NCBI GenBank assembly: GCA_964016885.1
Contig: OZ024740.1
Location: forward strand, 123,690,001 to 123,754,000
Reading direction: 5' to 3'
DNA from: Eledone cirrhosa
Lineage: Eukaryota
Length of the DNA: 64,000 nucleotides
The position numbers and the translations under genes are program-made. Positions within the stretch are counted from its first letter, which is position 1. Every line of letters begins with the position of its first letter. Below, one piece after another: positions 39,274 through 52,944 of this stretch. The notes under the pieces are model-generated. The model made no database searches. It was not told where the DNA came from and saw nothing but the letters and a program-made list of their open reading frames with translations.

Positions 39274-42200
39274 TTAGGTAAGGCGGGTCTTCTCTGTTAC
39301 TGAGTACCGCCAAAGGTCTCGGTCCAGTGACATTGTCTTGGAGAGGTGTAAGTGTGTGATGTCGGAGTTTATTAGCTCGTCCCAGGTTTTTCTAGGTCTG
39401 CCTATTCCGTGACTACCGTCTATCTTTATTGCCCTGCACTTTGTTATACAGCTATCGACTTTCATGCGCATCACGTGTCCATACCAACGTAGCCTTCTCT
39501 CGAGTAAACAACATCTGATCCCTCTTATCTCTAATTTTTTCCTTAGTTCGTTTATGCTTTGCCGTTCACGTATATTACTGTTACACATCCAGCGGAGCAT
39601 GCAAGCTTCGTTCCTCTCTAGTCTGCGTATATCCTCGGCACACAATGCCCAGGTCTCACTGCCATGCAGCATTGCTGTTCGTATGCAGGCATCGTACAAC
39701 CTGCCTTTCATTTTTAGGGAGAACCCTTTAGCAGCTAATAGTGGTATAAGCTCTCTGAACTTTTTCCAACCAGTTCTGACTCTAGCTACAGTACTTTCAG
39801 AGCACCCTCCCCCACTGCTGATTTTATCGCCCAGGTAACGGAAGCTGTCCACTATTTCTATAGAACCCTCTGCGCAATTGAAAGAGCTAGTATTTTGTGG
39901 GCACTTGCTGCTACTTATTGCACCAGAACACCGGCCACATGTAAAATCTATGTTCTTAGTTAGCTTACCTGTGATCCCACTACATCTTTTATGCACCCAT
40001 ACTTTGCATTTAGGACATAAAATGGAGTTTCTACCTACGCCTTTCCTACACACCTAGCACGACCATTTCCCAGAAGGGATCGCCGCCTTGTTTTCTTTCC
40101 TACAAACTAGAACTTTGGTCTTAGCCAGGTTAATTTTAAGTCCTTTTGACTCTAGGCCGTGCTTCCATGTTTGGAATTTCTTCTCTAGCTCGGCCATTGA
40201 TTCCGCTATGAGTGTCAGGTCGTCTGCGTATAGGAGTTCCCATGGGCAGCCTGTCTTGAACTCCTCTGTTATAGCCTGAAGGGCAATAATAAATAGTAGG
40301 GGGCTGAGAACAGAGCCCTGATGGACGCCAACTTTTACGCTAAACTCTTCACTATATTCGTTGTTAATTCTAACCTTGCTGACTGTTTCTTTATACATGG
40401 CTTGTATAGCCCTCACAAGCCATTCGTCAACGCCTAGTTTTCTAAGAGCCCACCAGATAATGGAGCGGGGCACTCTGTCGAAGGCTTTCTCCAAGTCGAC
40501 AAAAGCTAAGTAGAGGGGTTTACCTTTAGCTAGGTACTTCTCCTGTAGTTGTCGTACTATGAAAAGAGCGTCTGTGGTACTTTTGCCTGACACAAACCCG
40601 AACTGCATTTCATCTAGGTCAATTCTCTCTCTGATTAGTTGCGCTATTACTTTTTCCGTGACCTTCATGACCTGGTCGATTAATTTAATGCCTCTATAGT
40701 TACTCCTATCTAGGGCGTCTCCTTTACCCTTATAACAGTTAACGATGATGCTGCTATGCCAGTCCTTCGGAACAACCCCATTCTGTACGACTTGGTTAAC
40801 TATGCGGGTGACCATGGTGTGTCCCACCGTGCCAGATGCCTTCAGCATCTCAGCAACTATTTCCGAAGGCCCAGCCGCCTTACCCGTCTTCATATCCTTG
40901 ATTGCCTTACTTATTATACTCCCCTCGACTAACACTGCTGGTCCCTCTATTGGGTCGATATGGGGGAGACTGTCTTTCTCCCATTTATTCTCCTCATTTA
41001 GTAGCCTTTCATAGTGACACTTCCAAGCTACCTTCTTCTCAGCGTCGGTGATGGCAAGTGTGCCATCGTCGTTTAGTACACACTTCTCCCCGACAATATC
41101 ACGGTTTTCCTTGACGCATTGCCTAGCAATCCTGAACACCTCACGTTTTTGGTCATCGCGTTGTAGAAAATGCTTGAACTTTCTTTCCTCAGCTTCCCTT
41201 CTTGCTAAGTACACTTGTCTCCTAGCTTCCCTCCTGGCCACTTGATAGTCTTCTCTACTTCTCCCATCCCGCCATACTTTCCAAGCCTGCTTTTTGGCCT
41301 TAATTGACCCCTCCACCTTACTGTTCCACCACCATGTTACTCTCCTCCTGCCTACAGGCCTGCTCCAGCCACAGACTTCGTCTGTCGCCAACAGCAGGTT
41401 TGCTTTCAGAAATTCCCACTCTCCCTCTATATTGTCCGACTCTAAATGTTCTTCCTTACTGTCGAAAGCATCAAGTAATATGCTTTGAAATTTATTCCTG
41501 GCTGTGGGGTCCTTTAGCTTCCATATTTTTCTCCTGAGGATAGTCCTCTTCTGCTGTCGAGTACGTCTCGTCCTGACTATGAGGTCGCTAATTATCAGTC
41601 TATGTTGGGAGGTGCATTCTTCATGGGGGAGGGATTTAGTGTTTACAACAGACACTCTGTCACGTCTTCTGGTAAGGATATAATCTACCTGGCTTGTGTG
41701 TTCCCCGGATCTATAGGTGATCAGGTGATTGTCACGTTTTTTGAAGTTAGTGTTACAGATAGTTAGGTTATTTGCATCACAGAATTCCAGGATTCTGGAG
41801 CCTTCCTCATTTCTAGTACCAAACCCATAGCCTCCATGGATTTCGTCGTAGCCGTCACAATGTTGTCCAACGTGACCATTTAGGTCGCCTGCAATAATTA
41901 TATAGTCACTGTCGGATATTTGGGAGGTAGTTAGCATCAGTGTCTCATAGAATCTGTCTTTTATAGTGCCGGGCAGTCCGGATTGGGGTGCGTACGCAGA
42001 TATTACTGTCACCGTAGTTCTATTGAGGACAAGTCGTATTTTAATTATTCTGTCGTTCACTCTATTTACGTCTATTATCTTATCTGCCCACTTTTCTGCT
42101 ACCATGATTCCTACTCCACCCAGCCCATCGTCGTTTCCCACCCAGAAAAGCTTATAACATCGTTTTTTACCCTCAATGAACCTAGCAGACCCACCCCTCC

Positions 42201-42312
42201 ACCTGGTCTCTTGAATACAACAAACATCGACCTCCTTACGTTCAAGCATTTCTACAACCTCGTTAGCGCGACCCTTTAGGGTGCCTACATTTATGGTACC
42301 AACTCTGAAGTT
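39274..42312 (-). pseudogene. RTE APE endonuclease-RT-PHD polyprotein with a single in-frame TAG (40054-40056)
   Basis: FRVGTINVGTL, CCIQET, SAYAPQ, AGDLNGH, VDYIL, SQHRL, DLEKAFD, QGSVLSP, LYADD, FRYLG, RRLRWYGHV. ORFs 40054-42249 and 39274-40053 are in the same frame. Confidence 0.95.
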
Positions 42313-42550
42313 CTGGATTGCGTTTGGGGGTTGGGGCGGTGGGGGCGGGGGGCGATGGGGTTATGTTAGCCGTCCGCGGTCGAAACAATGAGGAGTGCTC
42401 GCATTCTCGTCCAAGAGGTGAATTTGTCTTTACCTTTGGCATTGTCGCTGAGCGTCCAGATTTTTCTCTCTCTCTCCTCCACTCTCCAGGATTCCGCAGT
42501 CCATCCATCCATCATATATCGAAAGGCAACCAGGCAAGCGATAGTACAGG

Positions 42551-42648
42551 CCTCTGGCTTCTGATTGGTCCGCGTAATAATACTGGTGATGCGTGGGGGC
42601 TCTGGCTTATGATTGGTCCCCGTAATAGCAATGGTGGTGCGTGGGGGC
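42551..42648 (-). promoter_or_regulatory. 48-bp tandem dimer with CCAAT boxes in the RTE 5' UTR
   Basis: CTCTGGCTT(C/A)TGATTGGTCC..GCGTGGGGGC occurs twice. The promoter role is inference. Confidence 0.4.
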
Positions 42649-43074
42649 GGGAAGGAGGAGTGTTGGGTAGCTAGATAGGAGGTAATGATTGAATGGGGTC
42701 CTTGCACATTTAACAAGCGATTAACAAAAATACAAAATTTGTTCTGTTCAATACGACCAAAAACTTTCGTATCTAACAATTAATAAATACAAAAAATGTA
42801 GATTGTTTTAGCGATAGATTGGCTATTTGGACTTGATACGAAATATGGATTGTGGAGTAATATAATAAAATTTGTCATTATTAAACTGGCATTTAGAATG
42901 TAACTTAAGAAATGTTATTACATAAGATCATGATGGAAGGTTTTTAAAAATATGAATAATATAAAACCTACAAGCAGGGATTAGCCTTATGAGGTCCATG
43001 AAAATATCTTCTGTTTTGTCCTATCTCCTTCGTCCCCACTCATTAACCCTCTAGCTTTCATTTCTGCCCCATCA

Positions 43075-43300
43075 CTTTAACCATGTCTTTCGTGGTCTTC
43101 TGCTTTTTCTTCTTCCTTCTTTCACATTCATTTCTATGGCTCTTCTTATCCAGTGATGTTCATTTTTCCTCAATGTCACCCAACCATTTCATTCCATATC
43201 TCTTTACAGTATTCATCACTTGCTCTATTTCTGTTGTCCTCTGTAATTCTTTGTTAGTCTTCCTCTCAATGAGTGATAGACCACTTATCCATTGAACTAT
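43075..43300 (-). mobile_element. Old RTE-like 3' ORF fragment (another at ~47020-47215)
   Basis: Minus frame WISGLSLIERKTNKELQR..MKWLGDI resembles the RTE C-terminus. Confidence 0.5.
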
Positions 43301-45279
43301 TCTATTTGTAAATGAAAACTATTAATTATGACAACCTCACTGTATTGCTGGTATCTATTGTAATGACTCTGACATAAAGAAAGGTTAAGTTGATCCTTGT
43401 GGACTGAAAAATAAAAACTTAGATCTTAATTCGATATAACTACTCTTATCATCATCATCATTTAACATGAGTTGTGTTATTGTGAGTCATGTCGGATCAG
43501 ATGAGGATGTCTTGCTCATACAGAATGTTCTTTGGCTTTTTTTTAATGACTGGATGCCCTTGCTGATGCCAACCATATTTACAGCATAGACTGGGTGCTT
43601 TTTGTTATGACACCAAAATGACTCCTTTGTAATGTGGATGGGGTCAAAATGAAACACTATCTAGTCGCTCAACCTGTTAGAAATGGCAGCAAAATTTCTC
43701 TCAAATCACATACTACTAACTTAAATAAAGGTACACTGTGGCTGAAATAATGTTAGGATGGTTTGGGCTGGAATTCTACTGATCACAGTCATACTTAGAG
43801 AGGGAGAACTTGGAACTATACAATCATTCTAGAGGTGCTCAATCAGAGTTGACCTGAAGCTAAAGAACAACATCAACTTTTAGCTATTAAATAATTTACA
43901 AAAAAGTGTTTAGAATTACATGATGGAGTACTTAATCAAATAATGAGCGCCACTATTTAAAAAATAATTAGCTTCAAGTATTCGAGTTATTTTGCAAACC
44001 TTTTCCACAAATAAAGTTACTTTGAATTAAATAAAAAAATTGAAAATATAATTAATAAAAAAAAGCAATGAAAAAATAATACTAAATTCAAATCTAATGG
44101 AAGGGTGAAGGATTGCTTTTGTTACACACCAATAAATTGTTATAATTCATCAGTAACATTTCTTATTGAGATTTAGTTCCATTAATTATTCATTATTGAA
44201 ATTGCATTATTGTCTGCTTATTTTAAAAGTTAGCTAGATTGTGTTTCTTCATTTATTTAATTCCAATTCGATTTATAATAAATATTGTTTGTTTCTTTTA
44301 TATTTTCTTAATATTATTATAAATCTTTTCTTTATAATTCCACTGCCACCCTGCTCTGCATTTTGTTATAATGAATCTTTTGCTTAATGTTTTATTAAAC
44401 ATTTTTATGATACCCATCGATTTTGTCTCCCAGTGTGTGTATTTTATATTAAGAAGTCTAATGACTTTGCAGTTAAGATGCTAGAATAAAAAATTGTGAG
44501 TTATGGATTTCAACTGAAACAAGCTCCATTAAACTTTCTTGCTCCACTTGACCCAACCCAAAAAAATATTTAAGATGAAGTGAAACAAATTCACTGATAG
44601 ATGATCACCCTAGCACTGAATACTTTATATAAAGAAAGTCTTGTATAAGAGAGATCTATGTCTATCAATGATTTCTAATTTTAGCCCATGGCCACCACTT
44701 AGTGGAAAGGGGAAAGTTGATTATATTGACCTCTGTACTTTGCTGGTACTTTATTTCATTGAGCCTGGAAGGATGAGAAGCAAAGTTGACCTTTGTGGGG
44801 TTTAAATACAGAACATAAATTGCCACATACCACAAATCATTTTGTCAGACTCACTAAAAAGTCTACTAATAGGGCTTTCTTCTTTAATCCTCTTGATACA
44901 AACCTACCTGAAACTGGCTTATGTTTCTATGATAAAAAGCTGTTTATTTTAAAATGTAAATATTTATCCATCTAAAAACCTTTAATTATAATTTCATGTG
45001 AAAATTGTTATGTTTTAGGCACCAATGTAATAATGAGAAAATTTGTTATATTTTAAAATCCCACTAAATTCTTGATCTATAGAAGTATAGTAATGAATGG
45101 ATTAAGTAATTTTCTTTCAAATGTGTGACTATGTCAGGACTTCACAGACACTAGAGAAATCAGTGCAGTTGCTTTTATTTTTTAATAGCTGCAAGCCGAT
45201 GGCTGATTGAAACACCTGTGGAGGGAAGAAATTTCAGAGAGGTGATGTTCGGTGAAGGACGGCCTGAAGAATTAGACAA

Positions 45280-46003
45280 TCTACTTATATATATAACCAG
45301 CAATTTCTCTGTCTGTCTGTCCGACAGTGGAAACACGTGCGTAGAGAGAGAGTGAGAGTGAAAGAAAGAGACAGACTACGAGAGGGGGATAGCGGGAGGG
45401 GGAGAGAGAGAGAGTGAATAGACGCTAAAACACGTGCTATAGAAACATTACCTTCCCCTCTCCACTGACTTTGGTCACTGAGGCCGAGGAAATCGCTGGT
45501 TGCTATAGAGACACCTTGCACAAGCCAGAAGTAACCAGTTCGAGGTGGTTCTGACTTGACACCATTTGAAGAAGGTTGCCATTGAATTTGTGGTTGTTGC
45601 TGCTGATAATAAGGACCATTTGAAGAAGGTTGCTGCTGATGAGGTAATTTATTAATCAGATTGCGCAGTTCCATAACCTACGTTTGATTTGTTCAATTTT
45701 TTTCTTCAATTTTTTTTGTTGTTTTTTTTTATTTCTTATTGAAAAATTATAAATAATAAAATAAGGTTAGAAATTTAAATACAATTAAATACGATTTAAT
45801 TTCCATTTCCAGCAGCCAATGTCCAGTGTTCAATTTCATGAAAAAATTGGAAATAATTCAAAAAATTGAAGTTTAACTTTTGAACATTTGTTTTGACAAT
45901 AAAAAAAATATTTCCTTATTCACACCTAATGGTAAGATTAACATTTCAGTATATACACTAGATTTGCTAGCAGAAAACCGCCCACCGGGTGGTTTTCTGC
46001 TAG
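45280..46003 (+). mobile_element. Non-autonomous Helitron-like element
   Basis: 5' TC after A, then (TA)n/(CTGT)n near the 5' end. 3' hairpin 45967-46003 ends in CTAG followed by T. Confidence 0.75.
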
Positions 46004-46648
46004 TCTATATATATATAACTGAGGATGTCTGTCTGTGTGTGTGTCTGTAAGTTTGAATCCCTAAAACTCGAGAAGTACCCAGCCTATTTCTTTTCAAACT
46101 TTACATGTGTATTACTTATGTTGCAGGGAGTGTTATGCACATACAAAAATTCAACTTTTTGATCCCCTATGGCCCGCATTAGGTGAAAAACTGTGTTTTT
46201 TTTCAGCTTTTTAGGTGTTTTTTGAGGCGCTACGTCAGTCCTATTTCCTTGAAAGTGTACCTAATGTATTAGTCAGTCTCTTCTTCATACCGTGAGCAAA
46301 GAAAATCAAACTTCTTTATGGCCTAGGGTCCGCATTAGGTGAAACACTTCCTTTTTTCAGCTTTTTAGGGCTTTTTTGAGGCGTTACGTCTAGCTGATTT
46401 TCGTGAAATTTCAAGGCATATGCACATAAAAAAAATTCATTTTCTTGATCCCCTAGGGCCTGCATTAGGTAAAAACCTGCATTTTTCCTGCTTCACCGAG
46501 GAAAATCTTAAAGATTATCCAGCCATCAGAGTATTCGGTTTATTTTCTTTACATATTGTCCAGGCATGCAGTTTTTCCATGATTAGATCTGTTGGCAGCC
46601 AGCATTTCAAAATACCTTATCCTGTGCAACGCCAGCTACCACTGCTAG
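46004..46648 (+). mobile_element. Second non-autonomous Helitron-like element, head-to-tail with the first
   Basis: TCTATATATAT..GAGGATGTCTGTCTGT start. Three internal GCATTAGGT repeats (~46176, 46332, 46462). Ends TGCTAG|T. Confidence 0.72.
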
Positions 46649-49600
46649 TGTAAAATAAATTTAGCAGTAAAACACCTGCTGGAAATCAATAAATAAGCAC
46701 ATAAAGTGGGCCTACATGACAGTGGTATGAGATCAGCCAACTTCAATAGCCAGAGGTTACTTTGATTTAACTGTGAAATTTCAGCTAAATCCAACATTAG
46801 AATAATCAAATGAGCTGATATGAGTGTTGATGTATTTAATGGGGTTTTTCTATTATATATTTCTTTGTGGAAGCTTCATAACTGACTAAATTTGATTTTA
46901 CTCAAATACAAGTGTTTCAAGGTGCTTTCTCTGTTAAAGCAGATTATCCCCATGATAAGCTTTTCCATTTTGATATATCCTCCATCACCCCTGTATGCTT
47001 TCATTTCTTCCTATACCATCTTTAGTCATGTCTTCTTTAGTTTTTGCCATCTACCTTCTTCCACATTCATATTCATCACTCCTTTCACTTATATATTACC
47101 TCAACACAAACACCAGGCAACTCATTCCATCTCTCTTCACAACATTCATCTGCAATTCATTATTTGTCTTCCTCTCCTTCAGTAATACTTTGTTCATCCA
47201 CTGAATGTCACTTATGAAAAAAGCTGATACCTTTCCTAATGACTGTAATTAATCACAGAGTTATAAGCTCTACAATTTTTCAGCCAAGTAGATAAGATCT
47301 GTTTGCAACTATGTAATTCCACGTTATATTCCACTGTATAGAGACTTGGCTAGAGCTGCATCCTATAGCCTTATATTGACCAAGAAAACAACACCATCCC
47401 TCTTTTGAGAGGCTTATGGTAGGCATAAAATGAATCAATGTGGTTGCAGCAATTATAATGTGTATAAGAAAACAAAAATCAAGATGAAATAAAGAACATT
47501 TATCAATTTTATTACTACATAATTTATAATATATGATAGTTTAATGTCTATTCTACACTTATTCCAAATAATATTTTATGCATTTTCATATGTAAACTTC
47601 TTGTTTACCAAATATTTCATTTCCTGTAATATAAACAACTTTGACTACAAATCCATACAGCATTTATAATCAGAGATTGTTACTTGAAGGTTGATAAGCT
47701 TCCATAGAATAATCTTTTGATCTCATGGGAATGATTAAGTTTGTTTACGAAATAATATAATAATTTACATAAACAGTTTTTAAACATCAATAACTCATTT
47801 TATTTAGAATACAACAATTGTCTAGAATATTTCTTTAACAAATGCTTGCATACCATTCATCTTTATACAACTATTTTATATCTCTTTGTCTCCTCCTCTT
47901 TCTAATACAAAACAAAACTGTTTCAATTAATTTATAATATAATTTTATTCAATTCTGAAATTAGCCACATTCTATCAATTACATGAAAAGTGGAGAATTT
48001 ATTTTAAAAGATATAATTAATTTAAAAGCAATAGAAAGAAATTCATTTAAAATTATTCATCTTTTCCTTTAGTGTTTACATTATAAATGCAGCCACTTTG
48101 CATTATTTACATATCTGAAAACACAAACCACTCATGTGGCTACATCTAAGTTAGAATAATTTGGTGTTAGGTCATTATTGCACAGAATGGTACCTAAGTG
48201 GCAGAAGAAAAATATGTAACCTTTTTTATAAATATTTACAATGTCATTTTGTAAACAAATGATTTCAGAATTGAAAAAGCATACATCAAATGGTTTGACA
48301 TGAAGATTATAAGAATATGGTTGTTTAACACCCAAGAGATTACAATTGATATTTTCTTGTAATATTCTTGGAATTGTAGAGCCATTAATTTTCAAAAATG
48401 GCAATATGCTAATTAGTGATAAGCAGAATTTTAACTCATAGTCAAATGTCTAGTTCATACTTGGATGATCCCTGAGTGAATGTTACTTTCTGAAGAATTG
48501 AAAAATTTATTAATTGTGAAGTCAATTATTTTGAAAGATAGAATTACACTTTAACTAAATGGAATGACATTAATCTTGTATAGGAAGGCTATGCTTGCAT
48601 AAAGAGACAAATTTCCTCAACTTTGGGTGAGAAGATATTTGATAAAATCTGTATTATTAGATTATAAGTAGGGAATGGTAGAGTATATAAACTTTCAGTA
48701 AACTCAACTTTGTAGTATGAGCTGAATAAATAATTGTAGGAGTTCCATGGCAGTTTTATAAATTTAGAATATTTAATTGGACTGACAGGAATAATGCAGA
48801 TATTAGGCAGAATGTGAGGATATATTTCAGGTGTGTATATGTTTATATCTGAGTAGGTGGTGGCATCTGCTTAACAAGACAAATGACCATATATTGAACA
48901 TATATAGCAGTATATCTGTAAAAGTTTGATTGGGTCCTTTAAAGTAGATGACACTCTACTGGGTAAAGATTTTAGAAGGAAAAGTTGTTTCATAAAATTT
49001 AAATAAACACCTCATGCTTGCTACCAATATCCAGAATATGGTAATTATATGTACATTTCATGTTAAAATAGAATGATGTTCAATTTATTTTATTTCCTAA
49101 TGGAAAATGTCAGTGTCTCTTTGAAGAATAAATTAAATTTCTTGTTCATAGTTAGATGACAATAGAAACATCAGTTCTTATCAACATTGGCTAGCCATTA
49201 CATATATGATTAATTGAGACTCCATTGAATGTTCCTCATTGCAGTACAGATCAATTCGTGGCCTAACATTTCAGCTATTATGAGGACCTACACTTCATTA
49301 TCCTTTTAGCTGTCCACCACTGATACCATCTTCATCTCCAACATCATCACATTAAAAAAAAATATTTTGTTAACTATAATGTATTAGCCTACTTCAATGA
49401 TTTTTTTTCTTTACTTGGTATTGATCATACCATCTATACTCAACCTTATAATGTGTTCTTTTCATTAGATCTTACTCTTCCATACAAAATATCAAATGCC
49501 TTTAGTCTTAGTTACTGTAGACTATGATTACTGAGATTATGTAAAGCCAATCAATAACTTTGCTTCTTATTTCATTTAGAGTGTGCACAACTGACTGTAT

Positions 49601-50734
49601 CTTGTTATTCGGTGGTGAAGATACTGTTACTCCTAACAACACAAACACCAATTCAGATTATATTGCTTTTCTATCATTTGCAATTGACCCATACCTACAC
49701 ATGCATTATGTGCACCCATCTTAGACATCTCATGTCAATCAGATATTTCCTCAAAACACAGAGAACTCAAAACACTCTTCGGTAGGAACATGTTAGCCTA
49801 TCACTTTCATCAACACAAAGACACAACTACTAAACATATCAGATCGATTAATGATGGAAAAATTGATAAAGTTAATGTTCTATTGAACTCTTAACATTCT
49901 GTATCATATAAACATATAAAACTACATTAACGAGATAGTCTTGAAAGGAACAAAACATCACTATAACTACAACACATTAAAAACTGAAATTGTTTCTTTA
50001 GATTACATCAAATTTTCCCAACAATCAGTCCTTCAGTAAAGATTTGATAAATGGTTGAATTAACAAACCTGTTTTTAGACATTTTCTGCTAAATCATTAC
50101 AGGATATTTAGACTTACATACCTGTAGGTTTATGTATGCAGGAAACATAGCCAGAAAAGAATTTCCAAATTATTAAGTTTGGGGAAAATATGCTCAGCAA
50201 AGACGCTGGAAGCAATACACAACAGCAGTTGAGAGAGATGGGTGGAATATGCAACTTAAAAGTAGAGGTACAGAAGCCATTGCAAAAAAGATAGAGAGAT
50301 GAAACGGCATAAGTGTGAGCTAGTAATTGTAGTGTATTCCTGTTTATAGCTGTGACTGTTTGTCATGCAGTGTGACCCCCCCCCAAAAAAAAAAAAATCA
50401 ATAAAATAAGAACCAAGCTTGAAAAATAATTAGTGGGGATGATATGATTGACTAAAAAGGCAATGTCCTAGCGGCACAACCAGAGTTTCATTACTTAAAG
50501 TAGTAAAAGCTACTGAGTAACACAAAGGATATGCTTACACGAGGACCAAAAATGATAAAAGATGAATACAATTAAACAAATATTTACAAATTTAGGGATA
50601 CCTACAGACAGAACTGGATGTTATTCCTGAATTTACTGTTTCCTTAAATGGGGTTTCTTTCTCTTAAACTATTTATGAAATGAAGTGCATTTTCTTAAAT
50701 AAGATTTGTCAGTTTGTTAAAAATAATAATGAAA

Positions 50735-51005
50735 ATATTGTGTACAGTGCTCAGGTGCACTACAACTCATCAAAAGTGCATGTATAGTACATAGGGTAAT
50801 GTACAAACATCAGGAAAATGAACAGTGCATGAGTCATGATATACACATGTGTGCATGTGTATGGAAGGGGGACATCAGGTGTAGTTTTGGCGAATTTCAG
50901 GAAGCATGAGGGTGTTAAAGGATGCAGTGTCTCGGCAGCTAACAACTGATGCAGGCAGTTTGTTCCATGCTTCAGCAACTCTAAGCATGAAAAAATGTTT
51001 CAAAT
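50735..51005 (-). mobile_element. CR1/Jockey-group LINE 3' fragment
   Basis: KHFFMLRVAEAWNKLPASVV resembles the conserved FF..RV...WN.LP..VV C-terminus. Confidence 0.65.
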
Positions 51006-52038
51006 GAAGGCAAGAATCAATATTAGAATTACACATCAAGTAAACTTTTAGGGGCACATATATGTATATTAGGGTCTTTGAGGTTCAATAGCTTTGAATT
51101 ATATTAGCTAATGTTATTGGATTCAAACTGTTAGAAGCCAAAATAGTTCTATAAATTATCTGACAATAGACGTTATTACCAATTAGATTGATTGATATTT
51201 GAACTCATAATCTCTTTATAAAATTAATTTGTTATTGTCGTTGATGTTGACATCATCATCCTCATTTTTATCACCACTACCACCACCATTATTATTTTTA
51301 TCATATTTATCATCATCATCATTAATATTATTATTATAATTATTATGTTAGACATCATTATTTCAGGGATGTTATAAATCAGAAATAAGAATTAATATTA
51401 CAGTATTTGTAGCTTGATAAGATAGATCAATATTTTCCTTTCTTAAACCGCAGAATAAAGTATATTCATGAAAGTCATACATTCAAATATGACAAGTGCT
51501 GTGATGGAATACAGTAACGATATTTACTGCCCTAACATTGAGACTCTTATATATCTATATTTATAGATACAAAACACTACATTGTATAAGGTGATTGAAA
51601 TTGTAAGTCAATTCCAGACTTCTCTACATTTGACCAAAGAAAATTTATCCCCAAATTATTTTTGTGCAATTATATTTATTTTATAACATAATCTAGATAT
51701 AGAAATCGCAGCTTTTAAATTTTCTGTATTGTAATTCCTGTTAATCACATAGCTGATAATCAAATGGCTGAAAAAAACTATGTAAAAGTTCTTCAGATTC
51801 ATATCAAAGTTCTTCATTTTGCTTAGACGGTTAGTTTCCTTACATTTGTATTTTGCAATGCTATACAAAGATAGAAATCAGAAATGATGGTATCAATATG
51901 TATATATATATATCCGCATCTAGAGAGAAAAGTTTAATTATTCATTTATTATGGCTAAGGATTGAGTCTTGTTACTCTGGATTTTCACCTGCACACTTGC
52001 AAGATCATCAGACATAACTTCATATATATATATATATA

Positions 52039-52254
52039 TCCAGGGAGTGTAACTTGGAGTTACTGTAGGTTCACCCGGGTGAGCACTCGATGTTTAGGTT
52101 CACTTCAGTGTCAGTGTAGATCTAGACAGTGTATTATAGTGAAATAAGATAACAAGGATGATTGGTTACTCCTTCATTACGTTTATTGGTTGGTGACGCG
52201 TGTTTCACCACTGATCATCAACGTAATGAAGGAGTAACCAATCGTCCTTGTTAT
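52039..52254 (-). mobile_element. Fold-back remnant (tail + hairpin ~52149-52253) with HHR core
   Basis: Minus strand reads TTGATGA-TCAGTGGT-GAAAC-ACGC-GTC in the hairpin loop. Confidence 0.6.
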
Positions 52255-52256
52255 AT

Positions 52257-52460
52257 ATCATCATCATCACCATCATTTTACGTCCGCTTTTCCCTGCTTG
52301 CAAGGGTTGGATGGGCCCTTTCAGCATAGCATCTCTCCACTTGTCACGGTCCTTCGTCATCTCCTTGGTGAGTTTCAGCGATCTGAGGTCTGCTAGCACA
52401 AACTCCACCCATGTTTTTCATGGTCTACCTCTACTGCATCTTCCCTCCGGCACTTCTTCA
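52257..52460 (-). mobile_element. RTE LINE 3' end fragment
   Basis: RGRP*KTWVE..DLRSLKLTKEMTKDRDKWR with a (GAT)n tail. Confidence 0.75.
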
Positions 52461-52490
52461 CCCATCGGTTATCCTCCATATATATATATA

Positions 52491-52894
52491 TATCATAAAA
52501 CATGTCTGTAGAATCACAAGATAAAATATATACTATTTCCTCTCCCAATTAGCATAATTAACTATATAAAAAATCGAATAGACCAGGCTATACGAATGAT
52601 GCTTCTATGAAGGAATCTCCGACAAATAACCAAAACTAGCGCTTCGCGTCGGCCGTAGTGGAATATTTGTCGGAGATTCCTTCATAGAAGCCTCATTCGT
52701 ATAGCCTGGTCTATTCGATTTTTTATATAGTTAATTATGCTAATTGGGAGAGGAAATAGTATATATTTTATCTTGTGATTCTATAGACATGTTTTATGAT
52801 ATATAGCTCTGATTGTTTAATTTATTAATTTTTCATTGAGCCAAAAAGTGACCAGTTGCAAAACACGTATATGTATGTGTATGTATATATATAT
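52491..52894 (+). mobile_element. Fold-back remnant: ~138-bp inverted arms + tail
   Basis: 52491-52628 pairs with 52664-52801 with ~2 mismatches. Tail shared with 16540-16645. Confidence 0.75.
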
Positions 52895-52899
52895 GTAAA

Positions 52900-52944
<45 letters not shown>

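Larger units (their letters stand above)
38876..42780 (-). mobile_element. Near full-length RTE-clade LINE
   Basis: APE+RT ORF, ~400-bp 3' UTR, (GAT)n tail at 38876-38895 and GC-rich 5' region. The 5' boundary is approximate. Confidence 0.92.
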
